DNA of 64,000 nt from contig MSGY01000006.1 of NCBI GenBank assembly GCA_001940895.1, forward strand, positions 65,179 to 129,178. The letters run 5' to 3'. Below, in pieces: positions 8,831 through 18,039 of this stretch (within the stretch, counting starts at the first letter, position 1; every line of letters begins with the position of its first letter). The DNA is from Christensenellaceae bacterium Phil10 (lineage in GTDB: Bacteria; Bacillota; Clostridia; Christensenellales; CAG-917). A program made the translations under genes and the position numbers. The notes beneath the pieces were generated by a model. The model was not told where the DNA came from. It saw nothing but the letters and a program-made list of their open reading frames with translations, and made no database searches.

Positions 8831-8977
8831 ATGAGCAATCGTATCATCAAAACCGGCGAAAAACCGGGTGCGGGCTGCTATTCCTGCACAAACTGCCACA
8901 CCAAGGTATGTCTGGACTCTAAGGACAAAATGCCCCCTTGTCCCAAATGCACCAACAACGAATTTACCAAGGAGTAA
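8831..8977 (+). CDS. Small zinc-ribbon protein (48 aa; below the ORF-track cutoff)
   Basis: GGAGG RBS 7 nt before the ATG. Translation MSNRIIKTGEKPGAGCYSCTNCHTKVCLDSKDKMPPCPKCTNNEFTKE has CxxC...CxxC. A strong terminator follows immediately. Confidence 0.55.
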   Translation: MSNRIIKTGEKPGAGCYSCTNCHTKVCLDSKDKMPPCPKCTNNEFTKE

Positions 8978-8981
8978 CGAC

Positions 8982-9015
8982 AAAAGCCGTCCCGACGGGA
9001 CGGCTTTTGTTTTTA
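8982..9015. terminator. Bidirectional terminator between the small zinc-ribbon ORF and ychF
   Basis: AAAAGCCGTCCC / GGGACGGCTTTT stem, flanked by an A-tract and a T-tract. Confidence 0.7.
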
Positions 9016-9064
9016 GCGACGCAATGCGCGACGTCGCGTATCTTTTTAAAAAACTCGTTCTCTT

Positions 9065-10150
9065 TTATACGTTGAAACGGAATAAAACCACGTCGTCGGG
9101 TTGCATAACGTAGTCCTTTCCCTCGCTTCTTACTTTGCCCTTTTCCTTTGCGGCGTTGAAACTGCCAAGTTCCAAAAGAGTATAATAATCTACTATTTCG
9201 GCACGGATAAAACCCTTTTCGAAGTCGGAATGGATTTTTCCCGCGGCCTGAGGCGCTTTCGTTCCGCGTTCAATCGTCCAGGCTCTTACTTCCTTTTCGC
9301 CGGCGGTAAGATAACTGATGAGACCCAGTAATTTATAACAGGCGGTAATGAGCTTCGGCAACGCGCCCTCTTTTATTCCGAGGTCGTCGAGAAACGCCTT
9401 TCTTTCTTCGGGAGAAAGCCCCGCGAGTTCCTCCTCGATTTTGGCGGAAATCACGACGGTTTCGCTGCCTTCCGCTTTTGCGTATTCCTCGACTTTTTTG
9501 GTATAATCGTTGCCGTCGGTCTGGTCTTCCGAGACGTTCGCGCAGTATATGACGGGTTTGTCGGTAAGCAGGAAAAATCCTTTTACTTCCTCTTTTTCGT
9601 CGTCGGACAATTCCATGGTTCTTACGGGTTTACCGCTTTCGAGCCATTTATATATACGGGTCAGAAGGTTTGCCTCGGCGATAAATTTTTTATCCCCGCC
9701 CTTTGCCATCGACTGCGCTTTCGCGATGCGGCGCTCTACGGTTTCCATATCCGCAAAAATTAGTTCGAGATTTATGGTTTCTATGTCCGATACGGGGTCC
9801 ACCCTCCCCGATACGTGCGTAACGTTTTCGTCGTCGAAACATCTTACGACGTGAACGATTGCGTCCACCTCGCGGATATGCGATAAAAATTTGTTGCCGA
9901 GTCCTTCGCCCTTGCTCGCGCCTTTGACGAGGCCCGCGATATCCACGAATTCCACCGTTGCGGGAGTGATTTTCTTGCTGTTATATAATTCTGCGAGTTT
10001 ATTTAGTCTTTCGTCGGGCACGGCGACTACGCCCACGTTCGGCTCTATCGTACAGAACGGATAGTTCGCGCTCATCGCGCCGGCATTCGTGATTGCGTTG
10101 AACAAAGTGCTTTTCCCAACGTTGGGAAGACCCACTACGCCTAATTTCAT
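9065..10150 (-). CDS. ychF: Ribosome-binding ATPase YchF
   Basis: 361 aa. GLPNVGKST P-loop, TGS-like C terminus, ending VVLFRFNV. Confidence 0.95.
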   Translation of the reverse strand: MKLGVVGLPNVGKSTLFNAITNAGAMSANYPFCTIEPNVGVVAVPDERLNKLAELYNSKKITPATVEFVDIAGLVKGASKGEGLGNKFLSHIREVDAIVHVVRCFDDENVTHVSGRVDPVSDIETINLELIFADMETVERRIAKAQSMAKGGDKKFIAEANLLTRIYKWLESGKPVRTMELSDDEKEEVKGFFLLTDKPVIYCANVSEDQTDGNDYTKKVEEYAKAEGSETVVISAKIEEELAGLSPEERKAFLDDLGIKEGALPKLITACYKLLGLISYLTAGEKEVRAWTIERGTKAPQAAGKIHSDFEKGFIRAEIVDYYTLLELGSFNAAKEKGKVRSEGKDYVMQPDDVVLFRFNV

Positions 10151-10225
10151 AATGCACCTCTGATAATTTCGTCCTATTATGATACAACATTTTCCGGCGA
10201 TAGTAAAGAGAATGAAAAAGTTTGG

Positions 10226-10254
10226 TTTACAAAAAATTCTTACTATGATAGAAT
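10226..10254 (+). promoter_or_regulatory. Sigma-A-type promoter for argS
   Basis: TTTACA, 17 nt spacer, TAGAAT, about 30 nt upstream of the argS ATG. Confidence 0.4.
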
Positions 10255-10284
10255 AATCTAAACTTTACTTATAAAAGGCGATTT

Positions 10285-11979
10285 ATGGATTACAGACACG
10301 AACTTTCCCGACTTATCGATATCGACGGCGTCAGCCGCGAGGAAATCGAAAAGCTTATTACCGTCCCGAAGGAATCGGACAACGGCGATTTTTGCCTGCC
10401 CTGTTTCCGTTTTGCCGGACTTCTGAAAAAATCCCCCGTCGTTATCGCAAAGGAACTTGCCGAAACCATTACGGCAAGCGACACGGCGGATTTTCTCAGC
10501 AATGTCGAACCGAAAAACGGATATCTCAATTTCTATCTCGACAAAAGCGACTTCAACAGGCGCATTCTCGAAAAAGTGCTTTCCGAAGGCGACGCCTACG
10601 GCGCGTCCGACGAGGGTCGCGGCCGCACGGTGTGTATAGATTATTCCTCGATAAACATCGCGAAACCCTTCCATATAGGACACCTGATGACAACTGTTAT
10701 CGGCGCGGCGCTTTATCGGCTTTATAAATTTCTGGGATACAACGCCGTGGGTATAAACCACCTCGGCGACTGGGGTACGCAATTCGGCAAACTTATCGTT
10801 GCCTATAAAAAATGGGGCGACGAAAAAGACCTTGAAAACCGCGGTATCCGCGCCCTTCTCGACATATACGTCAAATTTCATAAATGTGCCGAAACCGACG
10901 ATTCTTTAAACGACGAAGCCCGCCGCTGGTTCAAACGAATCGAAGACGGAGACCCCGAGGCCGTCGCATTGTTCGACAAATTCAAAGAGGTTACTATGAA
11001 GGAAGTCGACAGAACCTATAAACGTCTTAAGGTTTCCTTCGACAGTTATGCCGGCGAAAGTTTTTACAACGATAAAATGCAACCAGTTATCGACGAATTG
11101 CAGGAAAAAGGTCTTTTGTGCGACAGCGACGGCGCAAAGGTTGTGGATTTGTCCGCATACAACATGCCGCCGTGCCTTATCTTAAAAGCCGACGGGGCTA
11201 CTTTGTACGCGACCCGCGACCTTGCCGCGGCCTTTTACCGCAAAAAAACTTACGATTTTTATAAATGTCTGTACGTTGTGGCCTATCAGCAGAATCTGCA
11301 CTTTAAACAGTGGTTTAAGGTCGTTGAACTTATGGGATACGACTGGTATAAAGATTTGGAACACGTCGCTTTCGGTATGGTTTCGATGGAGGACGGCGCA
11401 ATGAGCACGCGCGAAGGAAAGGTGGTTTTCCTTGAGGATGTTCTCAACCGCACGGTGGAAAAAGCGCGCGCCGTGCTTGACGAAAAATCGCAGACTCTCG
11501 AAAACAAGGACGAAGTCGCAGAGGTCATAGGCGTAGGCGCGGTGGTGTTTTCGGCCCTTTATAACAGCCGTATCAAAGACGTCGTCTTCAGTTATGACCG
11601 CGTGCTTTCTTTCGAAGGAGAAACGGGACCGTACGTACAATACACTCACGCGCGATGCACAAGCGTGTTATCCCGCGCCGAGATAACCGAAAACGTAGAT
11701 TATTCGGCTCTCGATAATCCCGACGCCGTCGCGGTGGTAAAGGCAATCGCCGCTTTCCCCGACGCCCTTTCGGACGCCGTGAGAAAATACGAGCCCTGTT
11801 ACGTCGCCCGCTCGGTTATGGCGGTATGTCAGGCTTATAACAAGTTCTATTTCGAACACCGCATAATCGACGCTCCCGAAGAAAAACGCAACGCCATGCT
11901 GATTCTTACGAAAGCGGCCAGACAGGTAATAAAGACGGGTCTTTCCCTTCTCGGGATAACAGCGCCCGACAAAATGTAA
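10285..11979 (+). CDS. argS: Arginine--tRNA ligase
   Basis: 564 aa with HIGH-type motif PFHIGHL. The anticodon-binding C terminus ends in M, as is typical for ArgRS. Confidence 0.95.
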   Translation: MDYRHELSRLIDIDGVSREEIEKLITVPKESDNGDFCLPCFRFAGLLKKSPVVIAKELAETITASDTADFLSNVEPKNGYLNFYLDKSDFNRRILEKVLSEGDAYGASDEGRGRTVCIDYSSINIAKPFHIGHLMTTVIGAALYRLYKFLGYNAVGINHLGDWGTQFGKLIVAYKKWGDEKDLENRGIRALLDIYVKFHKCAETDDSLNDEARRWFKRIEDGDPEAVALFDKFKEVTMKEVDRTYKRLKVSFDSYAGESFYNDKMQPVIDELQEKGLLCDSDGAKVVDLSAYNMPPCLILKADGATLYATRDLAAAFYRKKTYDFYKCLYVVAYQQNLHFKQWFKVVELMGYDWYKDLEHVAFGMVSMEDGAMSTREGKVVFLEDVLNRTVEKARAVLDEKSQTLENKDEVAEVIGVGAVVFSALYNSRIKDVVFSYDRVLSFEGETGPYVQYTHARCTSVLSRAEITENVDYSALDNPDAVAVVKAIAAFPDALSDAVRKYEPCYVARSVMAVCQAYNKFYFEHRIIDAPEEKRNAMLILTKAARQVIKTGLSLLGITAPDKM

Positions 11980-11992
11980 ATCCGAAATATAA

Positions 11993-12027
11993 CAAAGAGT
12001 TGCGGCAGGCCGCAACTCTTTTTTTCG
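11993..12027 (+). terminator. Terminator after argS
   Basis: AAGAGTTGCGG / CCGCAACTCTT stem plus TTTTTT. Confidence 0.7.
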
Positions 12028-12057
12028 TGTGGGAAATTGTGTTGATATAACGAACTT

Positions 12058-12987
12058 TTATACTTCTTCCGAATATCCGTTGCCGTAGGTGAATTTATAT
12101 CCCGTTTCGGTGCGTTCGGCTTTGATGTTGTTTTTCGCGGCGCTTACGGTATATTTGATTGTAAATTCGCCGTCTTTTTCGCCTTTCACGATTTTGTATT
12201 TCGTTTTGCCCTGAACGCCGTTGGTTTTGACGTCGAGAGAGATTTCGGTTTTTCCGTTTTCGTTTTCGATTTCGAGTTCGAATTCACGCACTTTTTTTCC
12301 GTTTTCGTAAATCTCGTATTCGTATTCGATTTCGCTTTCGCCGTTTTCTTCCTCGACGGACTGCTTGATTTTCACGTAATTCAAAGGATTGTCCTTGCTT
12401 TTCGTGGTAAACTCGACGGACTCTTCTTTTTCGTTGCCCTCGGTTTCAACCTTGTGTTCGCCGGAAACTTCATACTCCGCGCCGGCAAAGACCATAATTC
12501 CTCTGAGCGTGGTGGATACTTCTACTTCTTCCTCGCCGTCCTCGATTTCTCTTTCGGTTTTGGTTTCGACCTCGTTATAGTACATTTTTACGGTTTCATT
12601 GCCCGGTACGGTAATCGTCATTACGAATTTGTAATCCGCATATTCGCCTTCGGCGTCGGTATTTTTCTCGACGGTCTGTTGAATTCCGCCGCCCGAAATA
12701 ACGTTATCGAACATCGTAAGACAATCTTTTATGCCGTACACGTCCTCGTCGGTTACGGATTCGGGCCTTGCAGTCGCCGGGGTTTGTCCTTCTGCCGCTC
12801 CGCCTTTTTCGGTCGCGCTTAAATAATTGACTCCCGACAATGCCGATACTGCGTAAACGTCTTTCGTATTAACCTCGATTTTCGAGCCCGTATTTTTGCC
12901 GCCGATATCGCAGGCCATAAGTCCGACGGTAAGGGACGCGACAAGCGCCGTTACTCCCGTAATCAATAATGCTTTTTTGGTTTTCAT
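12058..12987 (-). CDS. Acidic hypothetical lipoprotein
   Basis: 309 aa. Lipobox LMAC. Very E/K/T-rich beta-strand-like C-terminal half. Downstream of the sigma / membrane-protein pair. Confidence 0.6.
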   Translation of the reverse strand: MKTKKALLITGVTALVASLTVGLMACDIGGKNTGSKIEVNTKDVYAVSALSGVNYLSATEKGGAAEGQTPATARPESVTDEDVYGIKDCLTMFDNVISGGGIQQTVEKNTDAEGEYADYKFVMTITVPGNETVKMYYNEVETKTEREIEDGEEEVEVSTTLRGIMVFAGAEYEVSGEHKVETEGNEKEESVEFTTKSKDNPLNYVKIKQSVEEENGESEIEYEYEIYENGKKVREFELEIENENGKTEISLDVKTNGVQGKTKYKIVKGEKDGEFTIKYTVSAAKNNIKAERTETGYKFTYGNGYSEEV

Positions 12988-13049
12988 AGAGATGACCTCC
13001 CGTGTTTTCTACTTTATATACGGACGGTTTGCGGAAAAATTGCAACTTT

Positions 13050-14036
13050 TCAATCGTTTTCTTCAAATAATTCTTCCTCGACGATTTCGAAAAGGTCCTC
13101 GAGCATATCCCCGTAATCGTCCTCGTCCTTGTTTTTTCCTATCTCCTCGCGCGCTTCTTCGAGGTCCTCGATTTTATCGGTTAAGTCATCGTAAAACTCG
13201 CGGATTTCGTCGTCTTTTATTTCGTTCCATTTAATTTTATATTTGTTGCAATACTCCTTTACCTCTTTCAATACCGTTTCGTCAAGAGTCGATAATTTTG
13301 CCGCGCTGTTCTTATTTTCTTCAAGCAACGCCAGTATATTCCGTGCGCCGCTTATTTTAATTTCTATCTCCGAAAGAAGTTTTTTGCGGAATTTTTCGAT
13401 GATTTCCTTTTCGTATTCGCTTACGCCGTGTTTTTCGTAATAGTCCTCGATATCGTCCAGTTCTTTGTCGCTCAATATAAGCGTTTCAATATTGCCGTCG
13501 TTCAATACCCGCCTGATTACGCCTATTACGTCGTTTTGCTTGTTTTCGAGTTTTTTGCCCTTTCTGTCGGATACCGAAATTTTGACGTTACCCTTAATCA
13601 GGCCGGCGGCGTCCATTTTTTCGATGACGGCGGCGGTTGCCTCGTCAATGTTTTTTCCGACAAGATTTTCCTTATATAACAAAACTACTCCGTCTTCGTT
13701 AAGTCCCGTCTGAGCCGTTACGACGTCGGACGCGTTTACCTCGAATCTGACGCCGGGATTAACCTCTATGGTAACGACGTATCCGTCCTGCAAAACGCTG
13801 TTTTTGTCTTTTTTAAGAGTTACGGGAAGGATAACGCTTATCGCCGCGACAAGAATCAAGGCGATACCCGCCGCCGCCACTTTCCACTTCCGACCCGAAG
13901 ATTTGTTATCCCGAGCTTTGTCAGGGGCTCCGTTTTTTATTGCGATTTCGTCCCAGTCCACGGCGTTTACGATTTTATCTTTGACGTCGGGCGCGTTTTT
14001 ATTGAGTTCTTTCAGAATTCTGTCAGTCTTTTTCAT
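13050..14036 (-). CDS. Single-pass membrane protein, putative anti-sigma factor
   Basis: 328 aa. Overlaps the sigma gene by 14 nt. Has a short cytoplasmic N terminus and one TM (AAAGIALILVAAISVILPV). The juxtamembrane VTIEVNPGVRFEVN...GLNEDG segment is reminiscent of RsgI-type anti-sigma factors. No ZAS motif. Confidence 0.5.
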   Translation of the reverse strand: MKKTDRILKELNKNAPDVKDKIVNAVDWDEIAIKNGAPDKARDNKSSGRKWKVAAAGIALILVAAISVILPVTLKKDKNSVLQDGYVVTIEVNPGVRFEVNASDVVTAQTGLNEDGVVLLYKENLVGKNIDEATAAVIEKMDAAGLIKGNVKISVSDRKGKKLENKQNDVIGVIRRVLNDGNIETLILSDKELDDIEDYYEKHGVSEYEKEIIEKFRKKLLSEIEIKISGARNILALLEENKNSAAKLSTLDETVLKEVKEYCNKYKIKWNEIKDDEIREFYDDLTDKIEDLEEAREEIGKNKDEDDYGDMLEDLFEIVEEELFEEND

Positions 14037-14559
14037 AATAGACCTCGGCGTAATACTTTTCGATTTTTTTCAGAATCACGTTGTATTTTCTGTTGACCGT
14101 CGTTACGGGTCGGTTAAGTTTTTTCGCCACCTCCACGCGTCGGTAGCCGTAAACCGTCGTCATAATCAGAATGTAATATTCTTCGTCCGTCAGCATTTTT
14201 TTCGCGTATGCCAGAAGCGGCATATCGGAGGAATAGGTATCGGTGGTCTGCAGGTTTATTTTTTCTGCTTCGACTTCCGTCGTTTCGGGCGTAATTTTCC
14301 GCAACGCGTCGATAGTTTTGTTTTTTACGAGCGTCATCAGATACGATACGGGGTTTCTCGTCTCGTCAACCTTATCAAGATTATTGAGATAGGAAATATA
14401 CGCCTCCTGCATTATATCCTCGGCAAGCGCGAAATCCGCGGTGTATTTTCTTATAATATAAAACACCGCCGGTCTCGTCGTTTCGTAAAATTCGTCGAAA
14501 AATTCCTTTTTCCCGGCTTTAAGTTGTCTGATTAAAAAGGATATCCGTTTCTGTCGCAT
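14023..14559 (-). CDS. Sigma-70 family (ECF-like) RNA polymerase sigma factor
   Basis: Region 2 (DIMQEAYISYL) and region 4 (YGYRRVEVAKKLNRPVTTVNRKY). The ATG at 14559 has an AAGGAAA RBS. The track start at 14604 is less likely. Confidence 0.8.
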   Translation of the reverse strand: MRQKRISFLIRQLKAGKKEFFDEFYETTRPAVFYIIRKYTADFALAEDIMQEAYISYLNNLDKVDETRNPVSYLMTLVKNKTIDALRKITPETTEVEAEKINLQTTDTYSSDMPLLAYAKKMLTDEEYYILIMTTVYGYRRVEVAKKLNRPVTTVNRKYNVILKKIEKYYAEVYYEKD

Positions 14560-14621
14560 TTTGTTTTCCTTTTTATATACGGTTTTTCTTCCGAAAAATT
14601 GCAACTATCGGATAATTAACC

Positions 14622-14662
14622 GAAAAAGGATTCGGGTCGTCCCGAATCCTTTTGTTTTTTTT
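14622..14662 (-). terminator. Terminator after the alpha-glucosidase gene
   Basis: AAGGATTCGGG / CCCGAATCCTT stem with flanking A and T runs. Confidence 0.5.
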
Positions 14663-14683
14663 CGTTAACGGGAACGCGCTCTG

Positions 14684-16372
14684 TTAAAACAAATACGTGC
14701 GCGCTTCCCACGGTCTCGTCACGAATCCGTTATTATTTACGGGATTGTCGGCGTAATTTCCGATAAGCAGTTTTCCCTTTTCGAGGTCGAATCCTTCGGG
14801 CGCCCTGAACTTAACGGCTTTGTCCGAAAAGTTGAGTATAACGAGCATACGACGTCCCTCGTAATTTCTTTCGTAAACCCAAAGATTTCTGCTGTTTTCG
14901 TAATGCTGTTTATAATCGCCGTAAATAACGATAGGATTCTCTTTTCGGGCCTTTATCAGTGCGCGATAGTAGTTTAAAACGCTGTTTTCGTCGTTTATCT
15001 GACTTTCAACGTTTATTTCTTTGTAGTTTTCGTTTATATGGAACCAGGCGCGGTCGGCGGTGGTGAAACCGGCGCATTTTCCGTCAGTCCATTGTACGGG
15101 CGTACGCGCGTTGTCGCGACTTCCGTAAGAGAGCATCTTCATGGCGAGTTTCTCGGATAAGCCGAGTTTTCGCATAATATCGTGCGTGCAGAAAGCGGCG
15201 ACATCGACGTAATCTTTAAGGTTTTTAAGATATATGCTTGTCATTCCGATTTCCTGTCCCTGATATATAAACGGCGTTCCCGACAGGAAAAAATAGGAGT
15301 TGGCCAGCACTTTCGCGCTTAAATCGTGATATTTTTTCTCGTCTCCGAAACGGGATACCGAACGGGGTTGGTCATGGTTTTCCATATAGTTGGCGTTCCA
15401 GGCGACGCCGTACATTTTTTCCTGCCAGTTGCTCATAACTTTTTTGAGTTTTTTAAGCCTGAAACCGGTATGCACGCAGGCGTTGCCTATGCAGTCGGCG
15501 CCCATATGCTGGAAGTGGAACATCATATTAAGGTCCTGCTTGTCGCCCTCTTTTATGAACGTCAGCGCAAGGTCGGGATTCATTCCGGGAGCTTCGCCGA
15601 CGGTCATGGCGTCGTATTTGCCCCAGCCCTCGCGACGAAATTGCTGCAGGTATTCGTGAAGGTGCGGACCGCAGGTATAATGCGACGAACCTCTCATTAT
15701 CGGCGTAAGCGGATTGCCGTTCGGCAGCCCCTCCTCCTTGCTGATATACGTGATAACGTCCTCGCGGAAACCGTCCACGCCCATATCGAGCCAGTATTTG
15801 TAAATGTCGATGACTTCCTCGCGGACTTTCGGATTGTCGTGATTGAGGTCGGGCTGGCCCTTGGCAAACAGATGCAGGTAGTATTCGCCTCTCACCTCGT
15901 CCCATTCCCATGCGGGACCGGGGAACGACGAAACCCAGTTGTTCGGATATCCTTTGCCGTCCTTTCCCGTGCCTTTACGCCAGATGTAATAGTCTTTATA
16001 CGGGTTGTCGTCGCCGCCCTTACGCGATTCCTGAAACCACTTGTGTTCGGTAGAGGTGTGATTCACGACAAGGTCCATAATTACCTTTATGCCGCGTTCC
16101 TTACAACCTTTAAGCACCGCTTTAAAGTCGTCGAGAGTGCCGTATTCGGGCGCAATATCGCGGTAATCGGCAATATCGTAGCCGTAGTCGCACTGCGGGC
16201 TTTTATAGACTGGCGAAAACCATATGGCGTCGACGCCCAGCCATTTAAGATAATCGAGCTTGGACAACACGCCTTTAAGATCGCCTATACCGTCGCCGTT
16301 TCCGTCCTTGAAACTGCGGGGCCAGATCTGGTAGACGGTCATTTCTTTGTACCATGTTTTTTTAATTTCCAT
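14684..16372 (-). CDS. GH13 alpha-glucosidase (oligo-1,6-glucosidase / trehalose-6-P hydrolase-like)
   Basis: QIWPRSFKDGNGDGIGDL, DLVVNHTS, GFREDV and NHDQPR are the GH13 conserved regions. The second ATG (16372) has better RBS spacing. Confidence 0.9.
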   Translation of the reverse strand: MEIKKTWYKEMTVYQIWPRSFKDGNGDGIGDLKGVLSKLDYLKWLGVDAIWFSPVYKSPQCDYGYDIADYRDIAPEYGTLDDFKAVLKGCKERGIKVIMDLVVNHTSTEHKWFQESRKGGDDNPYKDYYIWRKGTGKDGKGYPNNWVSSFPGPAWEWDEVRGEYYLHLFAKGQPDLNHDNPKVREEVIDIYKYWLDMGVDGFREDVITYISKEEGLPNGNPLTPIMRGSSHYTCGPHLHEYLQQFRREGWGKYDAMTVGEAPGMNPDLALTFIKEGDKQDLNMMFHFQHMGADCIGNACVHTGFRLKKLKKVMSNWQEKMYGVAWNANYMENHDQPRSVSRFGDEKKYHDLSAKVLANSYFFLSGTPFIYQGQEIGMTSIYLKNLKDYVDVAAFCTHDIMRKLGLSEKLAMKMLSYGSRDNARTPVQWTDGKCAGFTTADRAWFHINENYKEINVESQINDENSVLNYYRALIKARKENPIVIYGDYKQHYENSRNLWVYERNYEGRRMLVILNFSDKAVKFRAPEGFDLEKGKLLIGNYADNPVNNNGFVTRPWEARTYLF

Positions 16373-16515
16373 AACCATACCTCTTATCGCTGAATATTCT
16401 GATTATTATATTAACAAAATAAAGAAGTTTTCTCAACAATATTCGGGATTTTTTTCCCGAGCCGATAAAAAAGTTGAATTTTTTTATCTATTTGATATAA
16501 TCCTTATGTAACGGG

Positions 16516-17499
16516 ATGGACAAAAAAAATCTTCGGAGCAGGAAAACCGTGAAAAAAAACAAGCATTTAATCACACATTTTCTTCTCGTCGCGGTTGCGG
16601 TGATATGGGGTCTCGGCTTCGTGTTCACGAAACAGATTCTGCCCTTCGTTCCGCCCTCTTTGCTGAATCTGCTCAGGTTTTCCGTATCGTCCGTTCTTCT
16701 TTTCGTTCTGTTCTTCAGAAAAATTCTGGCGCTTTCTTTAAAACAATGGCTTTACGGCATACTTGCGGGCGTTTTTCTTACGCTAGGATTTTCCTTTCAG
16801 TCGTACGCGCTCGTTTACTCGTCGTCGGCAAACGTATCGCTTATTACGGGACTGTACGTCATCGCCGTGCCGTTTTTCATGTGGATAGTAAACAGAAAAC
16901 GGCCGAAGGCAAAAGCTTTCGTTGCGGGTATTATCGGCTTTTCGGGCATTGCCATGCTCGCCGCGGGCGGATTTTCGAATCTCAATAAGGGCGATTTATA
17001 CGCTCTTGTCTGCGCCTTAGGATTTACGCTTCACTATATCGTCGTCGATAAGGGCTCGAAGGGCACCGATTCGGGCGCGCTGGCTTTCGTGCAGATGCTC
17101 ACGGCCGCGGCCTTTTTCCTCGTCTGGTCTTTTTCCGTCGACCTTACCGATACTCTTTCCGCCTCTTTCCCGAAAAGCGTCGCGTTTCCGCTGTTCTCGC
17201 TTTGCGTCCTTAGCACGGCATTTGCCTACGTGGTGCAGACCCACGCGCAAAAAACCGTCGATACCTCGGTCGTGTCTCTCATACTGTCGGGCGAAAGCAC
17301 TCTGGGCGCCGTTTTTTCGGTGATAATGGGTCTGGATAAATTCACCTGGTATCTCGCATTGTCCGTCGTTTTAATGGCAATCGCGCTGTTTATATCCGAA
17401 TACGATTTTAAACCGCGGAAAATCGCCCGCTCAACCGTTCCCGACGTCGAAACGAACTATTTCGACTTCGAAAAAACCAACGTACGGCACGACGAATAA
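16516..17499 (+). CDS. DMT-superfamily (EamA-like) transporter
   Basis: 327 aa, about 10 TM segments arranged as two EamA-like halves. Confidence 0.8.
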   Translation: MDKKNLRSRKTVKKNKHLITHFLLVAVAVIWGLGFVFTKQILPFVPPSLLNLLRFSVSSVLLFVLFFRKILALSLKQWLYGILAGVFLTLGFSFQSYALVYSSSANVSLITGLYVIAVPFFMWIVNRKRPKAKAFVAGIIGFSGIAMLAAGGFSNLNKGDLYALVCALGFTLHYIVVDKGSKGTDSGALAFVQMLTAAAFFLVWSFSVDLTDTLSASFPKSVAFPLFSLCVLSTAFAYVVQTHAQKTVDTSVVSLILSGESTLGAVFSVIMGLDKFTWYLALSVVLMAIALFISEYDFKPRKIARSTVPDVETNYFDFEKTNVRHDE

Positions 17500-17585
17500 A
17501 ATTTTCTTTCTTTTAATTGACTTTTGAATATCCCGGTGCTATTATTTGCGCGTACTAAAGATATTTTTATCGGAGGAATTTTACA

Positions 17586-17969
17586 ATGAAAGAGTTTGCA
17601 GAAAACTATATCAAAACTTACGAAGGCCTCAACAAATGGGTCAAATTCGCACTTAATTTCCTGTGGGCAATCCCCACTAACCTCTATCGCGTCGCGAAAA
17701 GTCTCAAAAGAAACGACACCGTGGGCGCGGTAATAGGCGCGATTCTTCTCGTATTCTGCGGCTGGTGGGTTATCGCCGTCATCGACTTCGTGACGATTGC
17801 CGTTTACGATAAAGTCTACTGGTTCGATTTCAACGACAAGAAATTCTTTGCCGACACGGCAGAGTCCGCCGCCGAAAATAACGACGTCAAAACCGAAGAC
17901 GTCAAACCGGAGGAAACCAAAACCGAAAATGCCGACGAAGGAAATACCAACGCCGACAAAATCGACTGA
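17586..17969 (+). CDS. Hypothetical small membrane protein with acidic tail
   Basis: 127 aa. GGAGG RBS. Two hydrophobic segments and an E/D/K/T-rich C terminus. Confidence 0.5.
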   Translation: MKEFAENYIKTYEGLNKWVKFALNFLWAIPTNLYRVAKSLKRNDTVGAVIGAILLVFCGWWVIAVIDFVTIAVYDKVYWFDFNDKKFFADTAESAAENNDVKTEDVKPEETKTENADEGNTNADKID

Positions 17970-18039
17970 CGGATACGGAAAAAACGCAATGAAAAAGACT
18001 TGCCGGACGGCAAGTCTTTTGTTTATCTTTTTTCGTTAA

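Noticed and set aside
15326-16393. 355-aa ORF antisense to the GH13 alpha-glucosidase.
   Set aside because: Shadow ORF. It has no RBS and no motifs, and it is completely contained within a confidently identified gene on the other strand.
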